Assembly (NCBI GenBank): GCA_000320545.1
Contig: ADNK01001542.1
Span: 1-64,000 of the forward strand
Length of the DNA stretch: 64,000 nt
Origin: Bigelowiella natans CCMP2755
Lineage: Eukaryota; Protista; Cercozoa
Direction: 5' to 3'
The notes under the pieces are model-generated. The model was not told the DNA's origin and ran no database searches. It saw only the letters and a list, made by a program, of their open reading frames with translations. The translations under genes and the position numbers were made by a program. Positions within the stretch are counted from its first letter, which is position 1; every line of letters begins with the position of its first letter. This document shows positions 12,306 to 26,031 of this stretch, one piece after another.

Positions 12306-13580
12306 CACTATTACTACACGTTAGATAATATATTACTGCATACTGAAGAATAAATTTAAGCGAGCGCAAGCGTAGTACAATCATTGATTGTAACTTAATT
12401 GATAGTAATGATAAATTTCTTCATACTCACACGGTAGATATGATAGCAATCATAAAGTTCTGCATCATACTCATACAGTAGATAATAATACACGTACTAA
12501 CGTTTCCTTTTTCTTCCTACTCTTCCTCCTCCTATCCCCCTCCTCCTATTACTACCCTATTACTATTATAACACAGTCAGTATTGTTGAAGGAGGAAAGT
12601 CACGACTATCTTCCTAATTATCATTCTCTATATCTATCTTCACACAGTCACTACTAGTATATCAGCCTCGTTGAGGAAGATACTGACCATGTATTGAGGA
12701 AGTGATCTTAGGCAAAGCATTCTCAAACATATCTGCAATCTATCCATATGCAGTAGTAATAGTAGTGGTAGTAGTTGTTGTAGTCAAAACCATAGTTTAC
12801 TGATATGATAATGTCTAGTAGTAACAGCAGCAGTAGTAGTAGTAGTAGTAGTAGTAGTAGCACGGCTGGGTTCCAGGATGTATCAGGAGAGCAGTATTAG
12901 TGGATTACAACCCGATAAGAAAATTCTTCTCTGCTGAAGTCAGCTTGCTGTCCTATTTCGTCATTGCAATACGGGTAAATGATGATGATGATAACCCATC
13001 GATCATGTAATAAGAAGCATCACTTCTCTATCCATAATCGTATATTAAGTATATAACGTCCATTTAAGTCACAAGTTGCTCTTGGTCTGCTATTACTTTG
13101 TTTTTATGCTTCTTCGCTAGAGAGAAAGGGGTTTAGAGCAGCATTGCGAATCAATACAAATACAACATTTTGCGTAGCAGCTAGCTGCTTGTATTTGGCA
13201 GTAGTGATGGTATTCATTAAAATCCTTTGGTAGCATTGTTGTTTCTCATCATCTTTATGATATATCACCTTTCTATTGAACGGATATCCTTTCCGATCTG
13301 GCTCTATAAATAGAATTAGTTTCTTGTCGGTTGTTGTCGATCCTCCTTCTTTCTCACATCTTTTGAGGTCTACTTTTTGTTCCTGTTCTCCTCCTCCTCC
13401 TCCTCTCCCCTCTGACCTTACCATCGTGGGGAATATACATGCTGCTGCTCTTGCAACACAAGGATGAGTGCAAGCTACTGATTCGATCTATTTGTACATG
13501 AATAATCCACAACAATATGTTCAATGAAAACAAGTAGTGCATTGTCGTACTCAAGACGTCTAGTAGTAGTAGTAATAGTA

Positions 13581-13617
<37 letters not shown>

Positions 13618-14219
13618 CGGGTACTAGAGATGGTGATGATGGTGATGATGACGATGACACATGTCTTCAACGTTCATACAGAACCGAATGACCCTTCTGC
13701 CTACCCATCTCCTTCTTCTTCTCCATCTTCACCGTCTTCCTCTTCTTCTTCTTTTTCTTCTTTTAATATCATTATTTGTACCGACTACTTGCACATATAC
13801 AAGCATACAGTAGTAGTAGTAGCAGTAGTTGTTGTTGTTTTGATTTGCTGTTTATAACTATCACTGACTCACTAATACCTCTGCTAATTCCACACGTTTC
13901 CCAAGAATCTTAACCTATAAAACATACCAAAGTAGCAGTGGCAATTCATACATAAGTCAATATCTTAATAACTTAATAATAATCCACAAATAGAAGCTGT
14001 TGTAGTAGTAAGTAGCAGCACGCTCTTGGAATCAGAATATAATAACCATTTTAGCTGAAAAGGACAACGTGAATTCTGTTGCTTTTAAGGGCAGAACCAC
14101 TACTCCAAGACAAGTGAATGGATATATATATATCGGTAAAAATTAGTGAAGTTATATAATGCTTCTTCCAGTCGATGCGTAAGAACGTAAGGAATGATGA
14201 CATTGAGCTGCTGTATTGA

Positions 14220-14255
<36 letters not shown>

Positions 14256-15224
14256 AAAATGGAACAAATTGTAGATAAGAAACCACTCTACATTATAAAA
14301 AGTCACGGATGCCGCTCAATATAGATAAGAAACCACTGAACATTATAAAAAGTCACGGATGCCGCTCAATAGGGAGGAGGAGGAGAAGGAGGAGGGCCAT
14401 AGAAAACAACTGTGATTGATTAATTGATTTATTGGTTGGTATTGTAGCTACATACGTCACTCTATCAAAACTTGTTCTTATTCTTATTCATCACCACCTG
14501 ATTGTCCTTTCTACCGATTAAATGCATCGAGCCATTTTCACCCCAATATCTACGCATAGCATAATGAGTGATAAAACAATTAAAACATCATGCATTTACT
14601 TTGGGCTGCTACTGTACACAAATCTGCTAGTAGACAATATGTTTTGGAAAAACCAACATTAATATTTGTATTGGTATCAAAACCACTCACATTCATCCTC
14701 TTCCTCCTCGTTTTCTTCTTCTTCTTCTTTCCTTGAAACTAAGAGATTCTCTACTACTGCTACTGTATTACTAGTGCAATTGCTACTACTACTACTACTA
14801 CTCCTACTTTATTGCTATTATATGGTAATACACACCCGATATCTCCAGTTCTATAATATATTTCGTCTTCTCCCTCTGCTGCGTCCTCTCTCTCCTCCTT
14901 TTCCTTCTTTTGTTGTGCTGTTTTACCTTGCTGCTGCTGCTGCTGTTATTAAGTGTTATTATTCAAGAATAAAATGAGTTTGCATTCACCTTTAAATTGA
15001 GTATTTTCCTTTATATGATAAGACAGCCTACTACACCTTCTTCTTCTTCTTCTTCTTCTTCTTCTTCTTCGTAATGCATGAAATGATTAGATAGCAGCAG
15101 TGGCAGCAGCAGCAGTAGTAGTAATAGCAGCAGCAGTACCGATAGATGTTGTAGTTTCACGAACCTTTTCCTCGTTTCTTCTGGACGAGACACATATCCT
15201 ACTGCAACCTGGAAGAAGAAGAAG

Positions 15225-15255
<31 letters not shown>

Positions 15256-15417
15256 TGTGGTTCAATCATCATAGAAGGATACATGGACAATAATATTATA
15301 TAACGTAAGTAGTAGTAGTAGCTGATATTATTATATTAAAAACAAGAATAGAGTAGTAGGTAGCTAGGTAGTACTTTTCATGCTTAATAGCTTCTTTTCT
15401 ATTAACTATTTTGTTGG

Positions 15418-15448
<31 letters not shown>

Positions 15449-16571
15449 GCTACTACTGGTACCAATTCACACATTATATCTCCCTCCCCCCTTCCCCTCC
15501 CCCCATTCCAGAAGCTACTAGGAAGTAGTGATAGGCAGCAGCAGGACAACCTGTGGACCTCCAATACAGATCTCTCCCGGAGTGTTGATAGTCTCAATAA
15601 AGGTATGGTAGGAGGAGGAGGGGGAAAATGATGAGGATGATGATGAGGATGATGAAGAAGGCAGCTGTAGTAGTTTGACTTTAACGTTTGGATCAGGAAC
15701 ACCAACGCATGACTATTTGTACAGGACAATATGGGGGGGGGGGGAAGAAACAACAACAAAAAAACCAACAATATCAAATTTTATTAGCAAATCAAGAACA
15801 TATACACAACAGCGGAAGAAGGGTAAATCATGAAGCATTCTAATGATAGTGAAAAATAAGTGCTATTGTAAGCAAGGTATTGCATGCATATCAGTGTATT
15901 CTTGGTAATATACGTAATACTAAAGATGATGATAATCATACCTATCAGGCAAAGAAATCAATAATAGTAGTAGAAATTGTAGTACGGGTACTATTCCTTT
16001 TTAAAAAAAGAAGACAGATATTGTGACTTACAGGTGATAAATGTTCTTCTTCTTGAAGTGAGATCTCGCACGTAAACTGCGTATCTACGCATTCTGTGAC
16101 ACCATACCTTTGATGATGATGATAGTAATAAGAAGAAGGAAGAATGATGGAGAATGATGATGACGATGACGATAATGATGATGATGGCTATTATTCACAA
16201 TACATTCACAACACATATGTTATAATTCTTGATCTCTCTTCTCCTTGGATAATGGCAATGATAATATAGACAACGATCAATCAATCGTCAGCGTATTAGA
16301 CGGGTAACACAGGGGTAGGAAACAACTCACAATCAGCATAAAATACTACTACTACTAAAAGCCGTAAGTAACGTTAATAAATCTAGATTGTATATCGATG
16401 GTAGTGATAGTAAGAAGTAGCAGTGTAGAAGTAGCAGTGAATATTAAGTAAACGATGGATTAGTACCGCAGCTGCTAATGTACTGCGTATATAAATTAAT
16501 CTTACACATTAAAGAAGCTTAAGCTTGACCGGAAGGAATGCCACTTTCGCAGCTACAAGGATCATGATTAC

Positions 16572-16608
<37 letters not shown>

Positions 16609-17133
16609 GAGATGTGACGGTCCTCTTCTTCGTAAGTTGAGAAACAACAACAACAATAACACGGTGGATCGATGATGCTGATGAAGATGATAATAATGCC
16701 CTGCTTGAATAATGCTTTGATCTATTTTAGTCTATTCCTATTATAATAATATAGATACACGAAATGAAATCATCCATACGTCATATATCTATCATTATAG
16801 TAATATAGATGATACACGAAATGAATTCAACCAAAAGATATATTCCTATTATAGTAATATAGATGATATACGAAATGACTACATCCAAACGTCATTGAAA
16901 CACCGTCACCACCATTCATTCATTCAATCATTGAATATCACCATATCGTCTGGTATTCGTTCTCCCACCAGCGTTAGGCACCGTAATGAAGGAAGCTGAT
17001 GATTAAAAGAAGAATGCAAGATTGTCAATAGCAGCACTTGTGTGTGGTGCTATATTTTGAAGAACAACTAATAAAGCTTATCACCATTAACCTACAATCT
17101 ATTCATAATTGCTACGCTTCTTCTTCTTCTTCT

Positions 17134-17166
<33 letters not shown>

Positions 17167-17688
17167 AGTTCTGCTTTCAGGTATAATTCTCTGTTAGGAT
17201 TACTACTAATACACGTAACGTACAAGGTTCCGTTGAATAGAACTTGTAGTTGACCATAACGATGGGGTAGCACAAACATGTGTCGCCTGAAGATATATCA
17301 GTCAAGAATAAGAAAAATTATAACCTACCTGTTGTAGTAGTGTACTATATAGAAAAGATGACATAATATGATAAAAAGGCGGGTAGGGAGAGTATTTTTG
17401 TTAGCTACCTGAGATTTCTTTATCGAATCAGATATACTATGAAGCAATCTATTAGAAGTGAAATATTCTTGAATATGGAGAGATAGATTATTAGTAGTAG
17501 CATTTGTGGACCGAGAAGACTCATACTGATTTGTAGATGATTATATTTACAAAAGAAGTACTACGAGGGAGAGGACTTTCTTTAATAAGGAAAATGAGCA
17601 ACCATGAATGATAACGTGTAAACACAAAGCGATGATGACAATGATAATCAGCATACCCATCACGTGTGAGACTGCAGCAGCACCCTCC

Positions 17689-17730
<42 letters not shown>

Positions 17731-18631
17731 ATGCGTGTGTGTATCGGCGAATAGTAAAATAGTAGTAGTAGTAGTAGTAGTAGTAGTAGCAGTAGGAGAA
17801 GAGGAAACACCCCATCATCAGTAACAATATTTACAACGAGGAGGAGTGTGCTATTATGATTAATATTACCATAATTATTATTGCTATTGAATTTACCAAC
17901 ACCATCATCTTCATCATCATAATCATCATCATCGTCAAAATCATCGGTATAATAGCAAAGTCCAGGAGAAACACTATGACGTGGGGAGTAATGCATGGAG
18001 AACGGAGGAGTAGTAAGATGTTGGAGTGTATTATATGCTTTTTCAATAGATAGGAGCTAAGAAAATGAATGACTGAATGAAATAGTAGTAGTAGTAGTAG
18101 CAATAGTGGCATACCGTGCATCAAAGTTGATATCAAATCTGTGGAGTATCTGGGTAGTAGTAGTAGTAGTAGTAGTGTAGTAGTAGTAGTATAAGTAGTA
18201 GTAGTAGCAGCAGTAGTAGTACTACTACTAGTAGTAGTATCCAAATCATTGGAATATCATATTATTACAATGAATCTTATTTATAATTATTATTGTCATT
18301 GTAGTTCTTCTTAGAGGCAGAAGAACACTAATGGCAAAATAATTGAAACGGAGCAAAAACAGCAGCATCAGCAGGTAGATTAGTACTACTACGTACGGGT
18401 CAAATGTGAAAGGAGTTGCAAGTAGCACTATGCTTTGCGTGGTGACCCTAATTAGTAGTAGTAGTAGTAGCAGCAGCAGCAGCAGTAGGAAGGTGATGGT
18501 GATGATAATGGTGATGATGCTTTGAATAGATGATTTGATCATAACTCTACTTTTTCGTGGAAAACAAATCCATCATTTATGCGTGTGCTTGCATGCGTCT
18601 CTCTTTATATATCTCTCTTTATTTCTCTCTT

Positions 18632-18681
<50 letters not shown>

Positions 18682-18784
18682 TGTGTGTATGTGATTGTGT
18701 TTAGGAGGAGTTCTTTCCGACGATCACTACTACTACTTTACTACTACTACTACTACTACTTATTACTACTTACTACTACTACTC

Positions 18785-18817
<33 letters not shown>

Positions 18818-18840
18818 ATTACTACTTACTACTACTACTC

Positions 18841-18873
<33 letters not shown>

Positions 18874-19382
18874 ATTACTACTTACTACTACTACTCCTAC
18901 TACTACTTCTACTATTACTACTTACACCGGTGCTACTATATCTATTACTATCTTTGGCTCTCTCATTCGTCGCATTCTTCTTCTTCTTTTTCTTCTGCTA
19001 CTACTATTATAACCGGAGAATAGATGCTTTGTGCATACATCGTTGAAGGACCCCTCGATGACTTGCTAACACCCCCTTTGGAACACCAGTACTGCCACTT
19101 GTCATGTGTATCCAACATGTATCATCTAGTCGGTCTTCATCATCATTATCATCATCAGCATCATGTCCGATGACAACATCGTCTTGTTTGTTGTTCCTTT
19201 CCTCCTTCTTAATTGTTAGCTGTTTTGCCCAATCTCCTATGACTTGGGAGACCTCTATGCATGGAATATAGCTATCCATCACCCTCGGTAAGCTCCCATT
19301 ATTGTTGCAGCAGAGAATGAAAGATCCACTGATCGAGTTTACTATGGACTTTATTCGGTCTTTTATTATAGAAAGGCATTCC

Positions 19383-19413
<31 letters not shown>

Positions 19414-20842
19414 GCGCAACACATGGTAGATGTAATGATGAATTGATAACCTAATCAACAAATAGACGAAATGGGAGCAATGGCTGGTATGCTATTAGCA
19501 GAGATATCAATTCAAAAGATGATGATGAGGAAGTCTACGAAGAGACCTGTGCATTTTTATCAATATTTGTGTGGTAATATGACACTGACTAACTGCCTCT
19601 ACTTCTTCTTATGAGCTACAACAATCATCACTACTACCGGGAGGCTGATGAGGCGATACGGGTACGTATGTAATCCTTGCATATCTGATGAATTGGCAGC
19701 CATTGTCCACACAAGTTATTACGTATATTCGGTAACACAGCATAGAGACAACAGAAAAACAACAACACAAGAAGATAGCTAGATATGGTTAAAGAAACAC
19801 ATGCCATTAGAGCATAATGCAGCAAAGAGAGAAGTTAAAAAGGATAAAATAGAGATAGGACAGTCGAAGGTTAAGATGCGTACAATACTTATATCCGAAT
19901 ATCGTATGAATGATGTTACGTATGTAGTAGTACAGACAAGCAGGCAATGATGGCTACTGGGCAGAAGATTCTGATGATAATGGAATAAGATGATAATACA
20001 AAAACAAAATGAATCAATATTGGTACTACTTAATAGGCAGCAGCAGCAGCAGCTTATTGTATTAGTTTGTTAGCTTGTTTTACCCATGATCAATGCAAAT
20101 TACTGCAACGATTCTGTTTGTCGGCAATGTTCTAGAATTTGATGAAATCGATTGTGACGACTCCTCACTCTCAATAATTTTCTTCATTGCATCTTTTTTA
20201 GCGCTGATGAGAACACTTGCCAGTTTCGAGGCAATTTTATGCAATTCAGAATATGTCAGTTGTTGCACTGTGGCGGAGCTTGTTCGTTTGTTCTTGTGTT
20301 CCTGAGCTGATTGCGCTGGTGCCTTCTTCCTCACATGATTCTTAGTAGTAGTCCCATTAGAAACACTTCTTTCACGGTGGTGGTGGTGGTCCAATAGGGA
20401 TCTAATAAAGTCATCATCATCATGCTTTATCATTACTTGCTGCATTAATCGATCGTGTTAGTTATACACTAGTAGGAGTATTTATACTACTAATACTACA
20501 TCAAAGCCGGTAATTCGGCATGAGTCTTGACTTGGTTGAGGATGTGTGATACAACGCTCATACTTCCTACGTCTACTGACTTTCCTGCAACAATCATCAA
20601 CATCTTTCAATGAGCGATATCTTGACGCCGTTATCTTAGTTGTCGAATTATTATCAGCTTGTTGAGCTACTACTACCCTGCTGCCAGTGGTCAGGTACTA
20701 GTCGTCGTGGTGATGATGAAGCTGGAACAGCAGCAGTCTCAACACTGGATTTCACATCTTTCCCTTCTGTTGTTGCTTCCTTGGCCCCAGCCTCGGAAAC
20801 ACAGAACTGACGGCATGATTTGAAAACGAATCCCGTCCCCAT
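9767..20842 (-). CDS. NRPS-like adenylation-thiolation-ankyrin repeat protein (AASDH/ACSF4-like A domain), multi-exon
   Basis: A-domain core motifs occur in order across exons: LTYSEL (~20250), MTSGSTGVPKGV (~19090), ATPFTFDPYVV (~18400), LTLVGE (~16970), YGVTEC (~16100), GYVSRPEET (~15190), YRTGD (~14845), GRKDNQ|VKILGKRVELAE (14510/13900) and PLTHTGKLDRK (~12030). The T domain has DFFQLGGDSL (~11130), followed by ankyrin repeats (MHVAAKNG, TPLHVCARG, TVLHMAARTG, TCLHWAVLNQ). The start is uncertain. Confidence 0.85.
18630..18950. repeat. Compound intronic microsatellite (CT)n-(GT)n-(CTA)n
   Basis: Long simple-repeat tracts. They are representative of the (TAG/CTA)n, (CAT)n, (AAG)n, (TA)n and (CA)n tracts found throughout introns in 2-25 kb and 40-57 kb. 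Confidence 0.95.
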
Positions 20843-20859
20843 TGGTACTGCCGCATGTA

Positions 20860-21184
20860 TCGTTGCAAGTTACTGGTTGATCGGAACAAAGGAGGGAGGG
20901 AAGGACGACGGGCACAGCGTGCTAGTAAACTGCTAAGATCTTAATTCTAAGTAAAATACTTTTTGGTTATCTGAATTATTCGCCTATAAACTATCCATGC
21001 GACATCCAAAACTATCTTTGGATTTCAGAGAGTATTCCCAGTTACAGCTAATTAGGTGTGCTAATTGAGTTGGAGGATAGCAAAGGACATATTTCCTTGT
21101 GCGACATACATTAAATGTTGTCTTAGCATAGAATTCCCCTTTCCCAGTGGTCCTCCTTTTTGAGCAATCCATGACTACTGCTGA
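20860..21184. promoter_or_regulatory. Probable short bidirectional promoter (NRPS-like / DEAD-box)
   Basis: About 330 bp between divergent gene starts. Inferred from geometry only; no motif was identified. Confidence 0.4.
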
Positions 21185-21780
21185 ATGCATGGTCTGACCC
21201 GTACCTTCAACGCCGCACAACCAGCTACGAGACCACCACCACCACCCCTCCTCCTCCTCCTCCTCCGCCTAAAGATTCTCACTCTCCCCTTACTAATCCT
21301 ACTGCTAATAAATCTCCTTGTGCCTAGCACAAATTCGACGATAGGGAAAATGCAAACACAAAAAGATGACAGCCTCATCTCGGCATTGTACAAATCGATG
21401 AGGTGAGCAGATGCATTTCTTCATAACTCATTGGCTATTTTTTGGTTCACCATCATCATCAACATCATCATCAACAACAACAAACAACAACATCAACATC
21501 AACATGATCATCACCCCCCTCGCCTCTCATCGTTTTGCTAATGAATGGCCTCCGTGCACCGTTATTATAGCCCTTCTCCTTGTCCTCTAACCATTACAGC
21601 AATATGAACAGAAACACAAACTCTGGCCTCGGCGGCCGAGAGGGAGATATGGGTCATCATAGGTCTGCTGCCTCCCGTGGCAATGGAGGGGGGCGACAAA
21701 ATAGAGGAAGAGGCTCACGCGGGAGAGGGAGGTCATCAGAAGGTAGCTGATAATATAGATTCTTTAGCGATAGAGAACTG

Positions 21781-21824
<44 letters not shown>

Positions 21825-22605
21825 CACCGTATTCGCCTAAGATTCGAATGTCTTTGTGCGTGGATGTTAGCTTAATTATATGAGAGTGAAGTTTCTGTTG
21901 ATACCGCGGATAAGCTATTTGATAACACCACATCTTGACACTGCTGCTGCAAATAGGAAAAACAGCTCGGGGTAGGGATGGTGGCAGCAGAAGACAGCGT
22001 TGGAGACGAAGAAAGCCACAACAACAACAACAACAACAACAACAAGAGGGTGGCGAGTTACATCCTATCGGAAAGAAGCGCGGAGCTTTGCAAGGCAACG
22101 ATTCTCATTCACGACGAGGAGGAAGGTCACGTAGAGGAGGAAGAGATAAACTGGGGAACAACAGCAACCCATCCGATGCGTACAGTGGTAACCAAGGGGG
22201 AGGTGTAACACCTACTAGCAAATATCCTCCTCCTAAGACTACTACTACTACCAAAGATATGAGCTTTCTTTCTGACACCAAGACAGCTGATATTGCCGGA
22301 ATGATTGCTCCTGAATCGGCTAGGGCATTAGTCGAGGTCTTTAAGTACGAGCTACTTACTAAAATCCAAGGTCATGATATTATATCACAAAGCTGCTTCT
22401 AAGTAAAGGATTAGGCGTTTCTTCCATATTTGAACAACCCGGAACCCTGTGTTGTCTCTCCTCCTCTGATGCTCGTTGAGACGAGAACCCTTCCTTATTT
22501 CACTCAACCGCTGCTTGATTGATGCCGATGAATTATGAATTATGAGAAGAAACACTTCAATAATGCTAATTAATACACGCACTCACACACGCACACACAC
22601 ACACT

Positions 22606-22655
<50 letters not shown>

Positions 22656-25024
22656 CAGCCAGGGTAATTCCTTTCGCTCTCAAGGGGGATGACGTGTTTG
22701 GTAAGGCAAAAACTGGCCACGGAAAGACGGTAGTACTACTAGTAGTGGCTTATCCCTCGTCGTTCATTAGTAGTAGTAATATTAGTAGTAGTAGTAATAG
22801 TAAATAGTAAATAGTTGGTAGCAGTACCAAGTAGTCGTACTTGTAGTAGCACTTAGTAGTAGTAGCACTAAGTAGTAGTAGCAGTCCAACCAAGAGAATT
22901 GAGAATAGTGGTCAATCTACTTCTCTTACTACATCATTAGAAAATCCTTATAGGAGAACTATTTTATGAGCCACTAAAGGCCACTATATTTGTTACTATA
23001 ATGACTAAACTCAAACAGCGCCAATATGAGCAGTAGTGTGTTTCTTCTTGCAGATCGGATTCTTAATTCCTATGATTGAGAAACTGGTGGCGAAGAAGAG
23101 GACGATGAGGAATGGCAATGGCAGCAACATCCTCGCTCTTATCATATCACCCACAAGAGAGCTTGCATTCCAAATCCATAATGAAGGCAAAACTATGCTG
23201 ACTTTTCACAAAAACCTAAATATCGCGTGTGTCGTTGGAGGGACCTCAAAGAAAAAGGACATGGGTCTTATTACTGGAGGAGGAAGAAGAAGAGGCGGGT
23301 ATTGTGATATACTTGTCGCAACACCAGGAAGGGTACTACTACTTTAACTATCACAGTTTTGCATTCGTAGCAAGCAGCAGCTCATCATATATATTGTTAT
23401 CTTAAGTATCATCATCATTGCAAGTAGTATGAAGATTCCTAACATACACCTTGATGGTATAATAACTACTACTACTACTACTACTACTACTATAGTATTT
23501 GAATGAAGCATGATAGATGAGCTGTGATGATGATGATGATGATGGTGATTATTCTGTCTCTTATATTTGTGGTTATATTACATACAGCTTCTTGACCATA
23601 TCGAGACAACAAGTGGTTTCAAAGCCTCCCTTTCTGCCCTTGAGGTCCTTACTCTAGATGAAGCAGATACTCTCCTCGATATGGGATTTCTAAGAGACAT
23701 GCGTAAGATTGTGGCCTCACTTCCTTCTTCTAGACAAACTTTTCTCTTCTCGGCTACTTCACCTCCAGATTTAAGAAAACTCTGCAAGGAATGGCTGAAG
23801 CCAGGTTTTGCCGTTGTTAGCACTGTTGTTGAATCAGGACCTTCAACAAATGTACAAGTCGAACAAGCGGTAATGTCGGTTACTTTGAATCAACATCTAC
23901 TCATACTCCTCAGAGAAATCTATATGGCAATGGAGCAGGACAAAGAACATTACAAGATTATTGTGTTTTGTACAGCTGCACATGTGGTGGGGTTGTATAG
24001 TGAAATATTCCGGAGGATGAAGCTTCCTATCATCGAGATTCATTCAAGAATGACACAGAAAGCTCGCATCAGAGCAAGCGACAGCTTTAGAGTTTCTTAT
24101 CAGAAAATTCTATTTACATCCGATGTATCTGCAAGAGGCGTGGATTACCCTGATGTTTCGATGGTGATACAGCTCGGCATGACTGATAAGGCAACTTATA
24201 TCCATAGATTAGGTAGGACAGGGAGAATAGGCAAGGCTGGAAAAGGTCTGCTAATCCTGCATGATTTTGAGACTCAAACGGTATTGAAGGAGCTCAAAGA
24301 TTTGCCTCTCAAACGCCTAAGCAGCAGTAGAAGTAATGGTACAAATAGTGATGAAAAGAGAACAATTCAAGTCGCTACTACTGCAGCCGAAAACTCACTT
24401 GCAAGCGCCATGCGGAGTGTGAAACGTGACTATGCTGGTGCTGTAGGGAAGAAGGTTGGAAAAGCATACCAAGCATGGATGGGGTAGTATAAAGAAGAAG
24501 AAGAAGAAGAAGAAGAAGAAGAAGATGTTTTATGGTGCTCACGCTGATATTATTTATTCCTCAAATAATTCGATGAAAACTAGTACGATACCTATTCTAT
24601 TTGAGGTCATCATCATATCCATAGTGTCATAAATATGTGTTGGTACGTGGTGTGGATATACTTATGTATATTGTTTTTGTATAATACCACCTTTATATGT
24701 TGCTATTATATGATATTATTTATTGTTGGGATATCATATTCATTTACTTGTCTTTGATTTCAAATATTGCTGCAATGTATTTAATTCTTGCTCTTTGCTG
24801 TTGTCTCCGTCTGGATGTTGCTGCAACAATAATAAAGGTATTACAACTCACATCGACGTAAATTGCGTTGGGATGGGCAAAAGCTGGTAGATATGGCCAA
24901 TCAGTGGGCTGCTGTTGTTGGAGCTCCAAATACACCAGCTATTAAGAAAAAAGTACTTGGTAAGATGAATCTCAAAGGTCCCCGTGGATATCCACGAGGT
25001 TTGGTGTTTGACACAAGCTATTAA
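21185..25024 (+). CDS. DEAD-box RNA helicase, Mss116/CYT-19/RH25-26-31 type, with hydrophobic N-terminal extension
   Basis: Motifs LTKIQ, AKTGHGKT, SPTRELA, ATPGR, LDEAD, FSAT, SDVSARGVD and YIHRLGRTGR. The subfamily C-terminal extension reads AYQAWMG|YYNSH...KKVLGKMNLKG. TAA at 25022-25024. Confidence 0.9.
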
Positions 25025-25099
25025 AGAAAAAGCAGTAGTCGGTAGAATGTCCATGCTGCTTGGTGTTTTAGACAGCTTTTATGTTCTCTCATTTTACAT

Positions 25100-25850
25100 G
25101 AGTTCCTTGTGAAGAACGACGCGTGGAAATATGGCAATGGGGATGCACATGTTACAACGGGCACATATCTAGATGTGTGATTGTTCATGTATTTCATTGA
25201 TTACGAGGTATCTGCGGTGTTTGTCTAGTATTTTAGAGAGACTACCATTTGAATTGTGTAGCTGGACGACGAGTTCGTGTTGTGGTTTCACAAGCAAGTG
25301 GTTGTTCCCGTTGCAATTTGTGCGCAGCTGGCTTAGCTAGCACGACTAAATGGTTTGATAAAACTAGAAAAGCATTCCATTGAACTTCAGCAAGCACTGT
25401 GCAACCAGCCATTGTGTGGGCATCACACATGCTAGCTAGCATGCACTAATCATAATTATCTGAAGGCAGGTAAAACCTGCTAGCACATTGCAATAAGCTA
25501 TTCAAAAAAATTGATCTGAATGCACGCACTAGTTATAGCAAGCTAGATAGCTAGACGGCTAAATGGATGAAAAGTGAACAAAATTGCAACAATGATGACA
25601 GATTCGACGAGATGTAACACAATTGCACAACATTGCTAGATTGTAGCACTGTGCTAGATTGCTGCATTTCCATTTATTTCTCATTTTCCTCAGTCACTAC
25701 ATGACGCAAACTAGCAAATTGCGCATGTAAATGCACTCGCAAGCCCCATCTCAAGCTACATACTGGCACATGTGATGTAAGACTGTGCATACACACATTT
25801 TCGCTTGCTCATTTCAAAAAATTCAAAAAAATTAATATGTCTGTAGAATT
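25100..25850. repeat. Partially TpA-depleted, CTAG-rich island 3 between convergent gene ends
   Basis: TGCA/CACA-rich; many of the remaining TAs sit in gctagc, tctaga or actag. Confidence 0.65.
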
Positions 25851-26031
25851 TTTTTAATTTCAGATTTTTGGCATAGTTTGTGAGGATTGAATACATGCCT
25901 TGGGCGCAGGAAATCAGGGCCAGCGACAAAGTTCCGAAGATTAAGCAAGTTGAACCTAAAAACGACTTGTTTTGTGATCATTAGGTGGCAAATTTGCTTC
26001 AAGAATGATTACCTTATTTTCACTCGATGCT

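Noticed and set aside
17691-19023. Poly-Leu/Tyr/Thr ORFs
   Set aside because: They are translations of intronic (CTA/TAG)n microsatellites.
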